From: an uncultured Verrucomicrobiales bacterium
GTDB lineage: Bacteria; Verrucomicrobiota; Verrucomicrobiia; Verrucomicrobiales; DEV007
Assembly (NCBI GenBank): GCA_938091905.1
Contig: CALKOM010000167.1
Span: forward strand, 1 to 37,875
DNA: 37,875 nt
Direction: 5' to 3'
Shown here: positions 37,001-37,875 of the stretch, in pieces
Layout: each line of letters opens with the position of its first letter
How positions within the stretch are numbered: the stretch's first letter is position 1
Translations under genes and position numbers: made by a program
The notes under the pieces: model-generated
Seen by the model: only the letters and a program-made list of their open reading frames with translations
What the model was told of the DNA's origin: nothing
Databases searched by the model: none

Positions 37001-37407
37001 AACGCGTCATCGCGGAAGGGATTGATCACGTCAAGCTCACCGGCAACACGCGAAACCGCAGCTCCCTCGTCAAAAAATTTCAGACTGGCAAGATCCCCAT
37101 ATTCCTCATCAGTCTCAAAGCAGGCGGCGTTGGCCTCAACCTAACAAAGGCAGATACAGTCATTCACTACGACCCTTGGTGGAACCCTGCGATCGAAAGC
37201 CAAGCCACTGACCGCGCCTACCGCATCGGACAGGACAACCCCGTCTTCGTCTACAAGCTCATCACCAAAGGCTCCATCGAAGAACGCATCGTCGCCATGC
37301 AAGAAGACAAAAAGGAACTCGTCGAAAGCCTCCTTTCCGCCGGCACCAAACGCGCCCTCAAGCTCAACAAAGCCAGCCTGGAACAGCTCCTCCGCCCCCT
37401 CTCCTGA
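34084..37407 (+). CDS. SWIM zinc-finger SNF2-family helicase/ATPase
   Basis: SWIM motif CSC-x5-CDH; LRPYQ, LADDMGLGKT, ILDEAQNIKN, SGTPMENHL, LIFSQFT, SLKAGGVGLNLT, YDPWWNP and QATDRAYRIGQ. Confidence 0.95.
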   Translation: MSVVNADYAKHLHESDWLQQAEGTSLRDGSKLQLLGAVKGFKASSVANGQVRITANVRHPKEKMPRGVLVFLSRQPSGQVMVTPNCSCKQPQLCDHVVAVMQEFISATRSNSPRPRPRPKRKTAEQQLLRAKKALETRYLACQIVPTESGPALEVLHTARPIIDDRSYVRCTGRELYRHDLPDQLGQRWMRALLTRLQQCCPDAPSTNEVLQLQPDPEAWTELLDELLKWQILYWGGGPNPVILHQGDAQRGKPTWRFDSETDAFHTDWELAEPASAILPSAPLHYVDTRRRLVGPLQTDYPLELAVSWASGDQQPSTEQVRAWNQELSTPFPAPPQQEVIDASQEVPIPCLHFSHHEVPRSTLRGIWSPVFHEKPVVSLIFRYGKQAHEIPERGKGHALQDERFKILRNEPAEQRITEELHQLGLVPFSDPLPEEAITEDLINLRWVGAWEETASQTAWMTLMTEQVPKLESEGWHMHYADNFGMRFVQPEKWIQELREQRNRSWFEFELGIECDGQRIDLIPIIIAYLEDHTDIERQIEFLDGDDKVPIRLDDGRYLAFPVRRLEPIIRIMRDLLEGRRANHRDEELGQIHQLVAADFLKESSDFTEAGSAQNSLRSIADRLGNAEAVTDAQEPQGLQATLRPYQEEGFRWLQFLARYGLGGILADDMGLGKTLQTIAHLLAEKESGRLTKPALIVAPTSLLGNWEDEIGKFAPALDVHIHYGSGRHHNRQPFDAADIIVTSYSLVYRDQKYLESRCFSHLILDEAQNIKNPSSRSAQACCALDAEHRLCISGTPMENHLEELWSLFHFLMPGFLGQQDSFRQRFRHPIEKENDEFARDLLASRVGPLMLRRKKSEVAKDLPPKTEMIRSVELEGPQRDLYETIRASMEQRVQEVISEQGMERAHLYILDALLKLRQVCCHPHLLDLEAAQSVDSSAKMDLLFEMLPEMVAAGRRILIFSQFTSMLGLIEKRVIAEGIDHVKLTGNTRNRSSLVKKFQTGKIPIFLISLKAGGVGLNLTKADTVIHYDPWWNPAIESQATDRAYRIGQDNPVFVYKLITKGSIEERIVAMQEDKKELVESLLSAGTKRALKLNKASLEQLLRPLS

Positions 37408-37421
37408 CGCGCTGCCAACGG

Positions 37422-37559
37422 CGTAAGATCCCAAAAGTCGATTACCCCGGTTTTTATGCTGCTTTTCGGTAGTCATAGTTGAGCAGTCCTCCAAGTCGGC
37501 TTCGCCACTCAATCGCTCGGCGGTTTTTCAAAGTCTGCGAGGATGATCTTGTTGTCGAT
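37422..37559 (-). mobile_element. Frameshifted C-terminal remnant of an integrase-core transposase with its putative terminal sequence
   Basis: Minus strand reads IDNKIILADFEKPPSD, then in a shifted frame IEWRSRLGGLLNYDYRKAA* (stop 37456-37454), followed by ATCGACTTTTGGGATCTTACG. Confidence 0.65.
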
Positions 37560-37875
37560 TGGAGTTCCCCCAAGCAAGTGGACATGGGCCGGACATATCG
37601 CTCTGTTAGTTTAGTTGTGTTTTCTGAGTTTGGAAGTGTTGATTGAGGAAAGTTTCTGGCGAGACGTTTGCGAGTGAGCTATGGCGCCGTTTGTCGTTAT
37701 AGAAGACTTCTAGGTAGTCGAAGATAGTTCTCCGAGCTTTGGCTTTGGTATCGAAGCAACAGTCTTCAGGGAAGCTCTCCCGTTTGAGGCTCGCGAAGAA
37801 GCTTTCGTTGGCGGCATTGTCATAGCAGTAGCCTTTCGCGCTCATGCTCTGAGGCAGACCATAGAGCGCTATGAC
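37560..37875 (-). mobile_element. IS3-family insertion sequence, right end (partial)
   Basis: Terminal sequence TGGAGTTCCCCCAAGCAAGTGGACA starting with TG at 37560, typical of IS3-family inverted repeats, just downstream of the transposase stop. Confidence 0.8.
37606..37875 (-). CDS. IS3-family transposase OrfB C-terminus (partial)
   Basis: QSMSAKGYCYDNAANESFFASLKRE...IFDYLEVFYNDKRRHSSL...SP; the frame is open to the right edge. Confidence 0.92.
   Translation of the reverse strand, partial: VIALYGLPQSMSAKGYCYDNAANESFFASLKRESFPEDCCFDTKAKARRTIFDYLEVFYNDKRRHSSLANVSPETFLNQHFQTQKTQLN

Noticed and set aside
34084..37407. Anti-phage defence system built on the SNF2 helicase
   Set aside because: Stand-alone SWIM-SNF2 gene with no methylase, nuclease or other defence partner nearby.
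37141..37512. 123-aa minus-strand ORF
   Set aside because: Mostly antisense to the SNF2 gene. The meaningful minus-strand signal is the transposase remnant in other frames.

Overview
A chromosomal window from a bacterium of moderate GC, most likely marine Verrucomicrobiota (inferred from gene content). Housekeeping genes (gpmI, dnaE, fabD, a SWIM-SNF2 helicase) are interleaved with secreted and periplasmic glycan- or surface-related genes: a PQQ/GSDH-triheme protein, a sulfatase-DUF1080 fusion, an FG-GAP/ASPIC-UnbV lipoprotein, a sodium:solute symporter, a double-SGNH/Ig-repeat protein, a DUF885 protein and a head-to-head pair of CotH/lamin-tail proteins. The best-supported hidden feature is that the two FDH ORFs (19580..20671 and 17951..19531) are one 906-aa selenoprotein. 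An in-frame UGA sits at the catalytic position (NCSRA-U-HAPTVAGL), followed 11 nt later by an fdhF-type SECIS hairpin. This gene has its own promoter, no partner subunits nearby and has lost one Fe-S motif. Three secreted proteins end in a shared S-x-[DN]-[LM]-x-x-W...R-x-[FYV] tail, a candidate lineage-specific sorting domain. Also present are a decayed pseudogene (16.5-17.9 kb), a partial gene at the left edge missed by the ORF track, and at the right edge an IS3-family end abutting the remnant of an older integrase-core transposase. No rRNA, tRNA or CRISPR array was seen.
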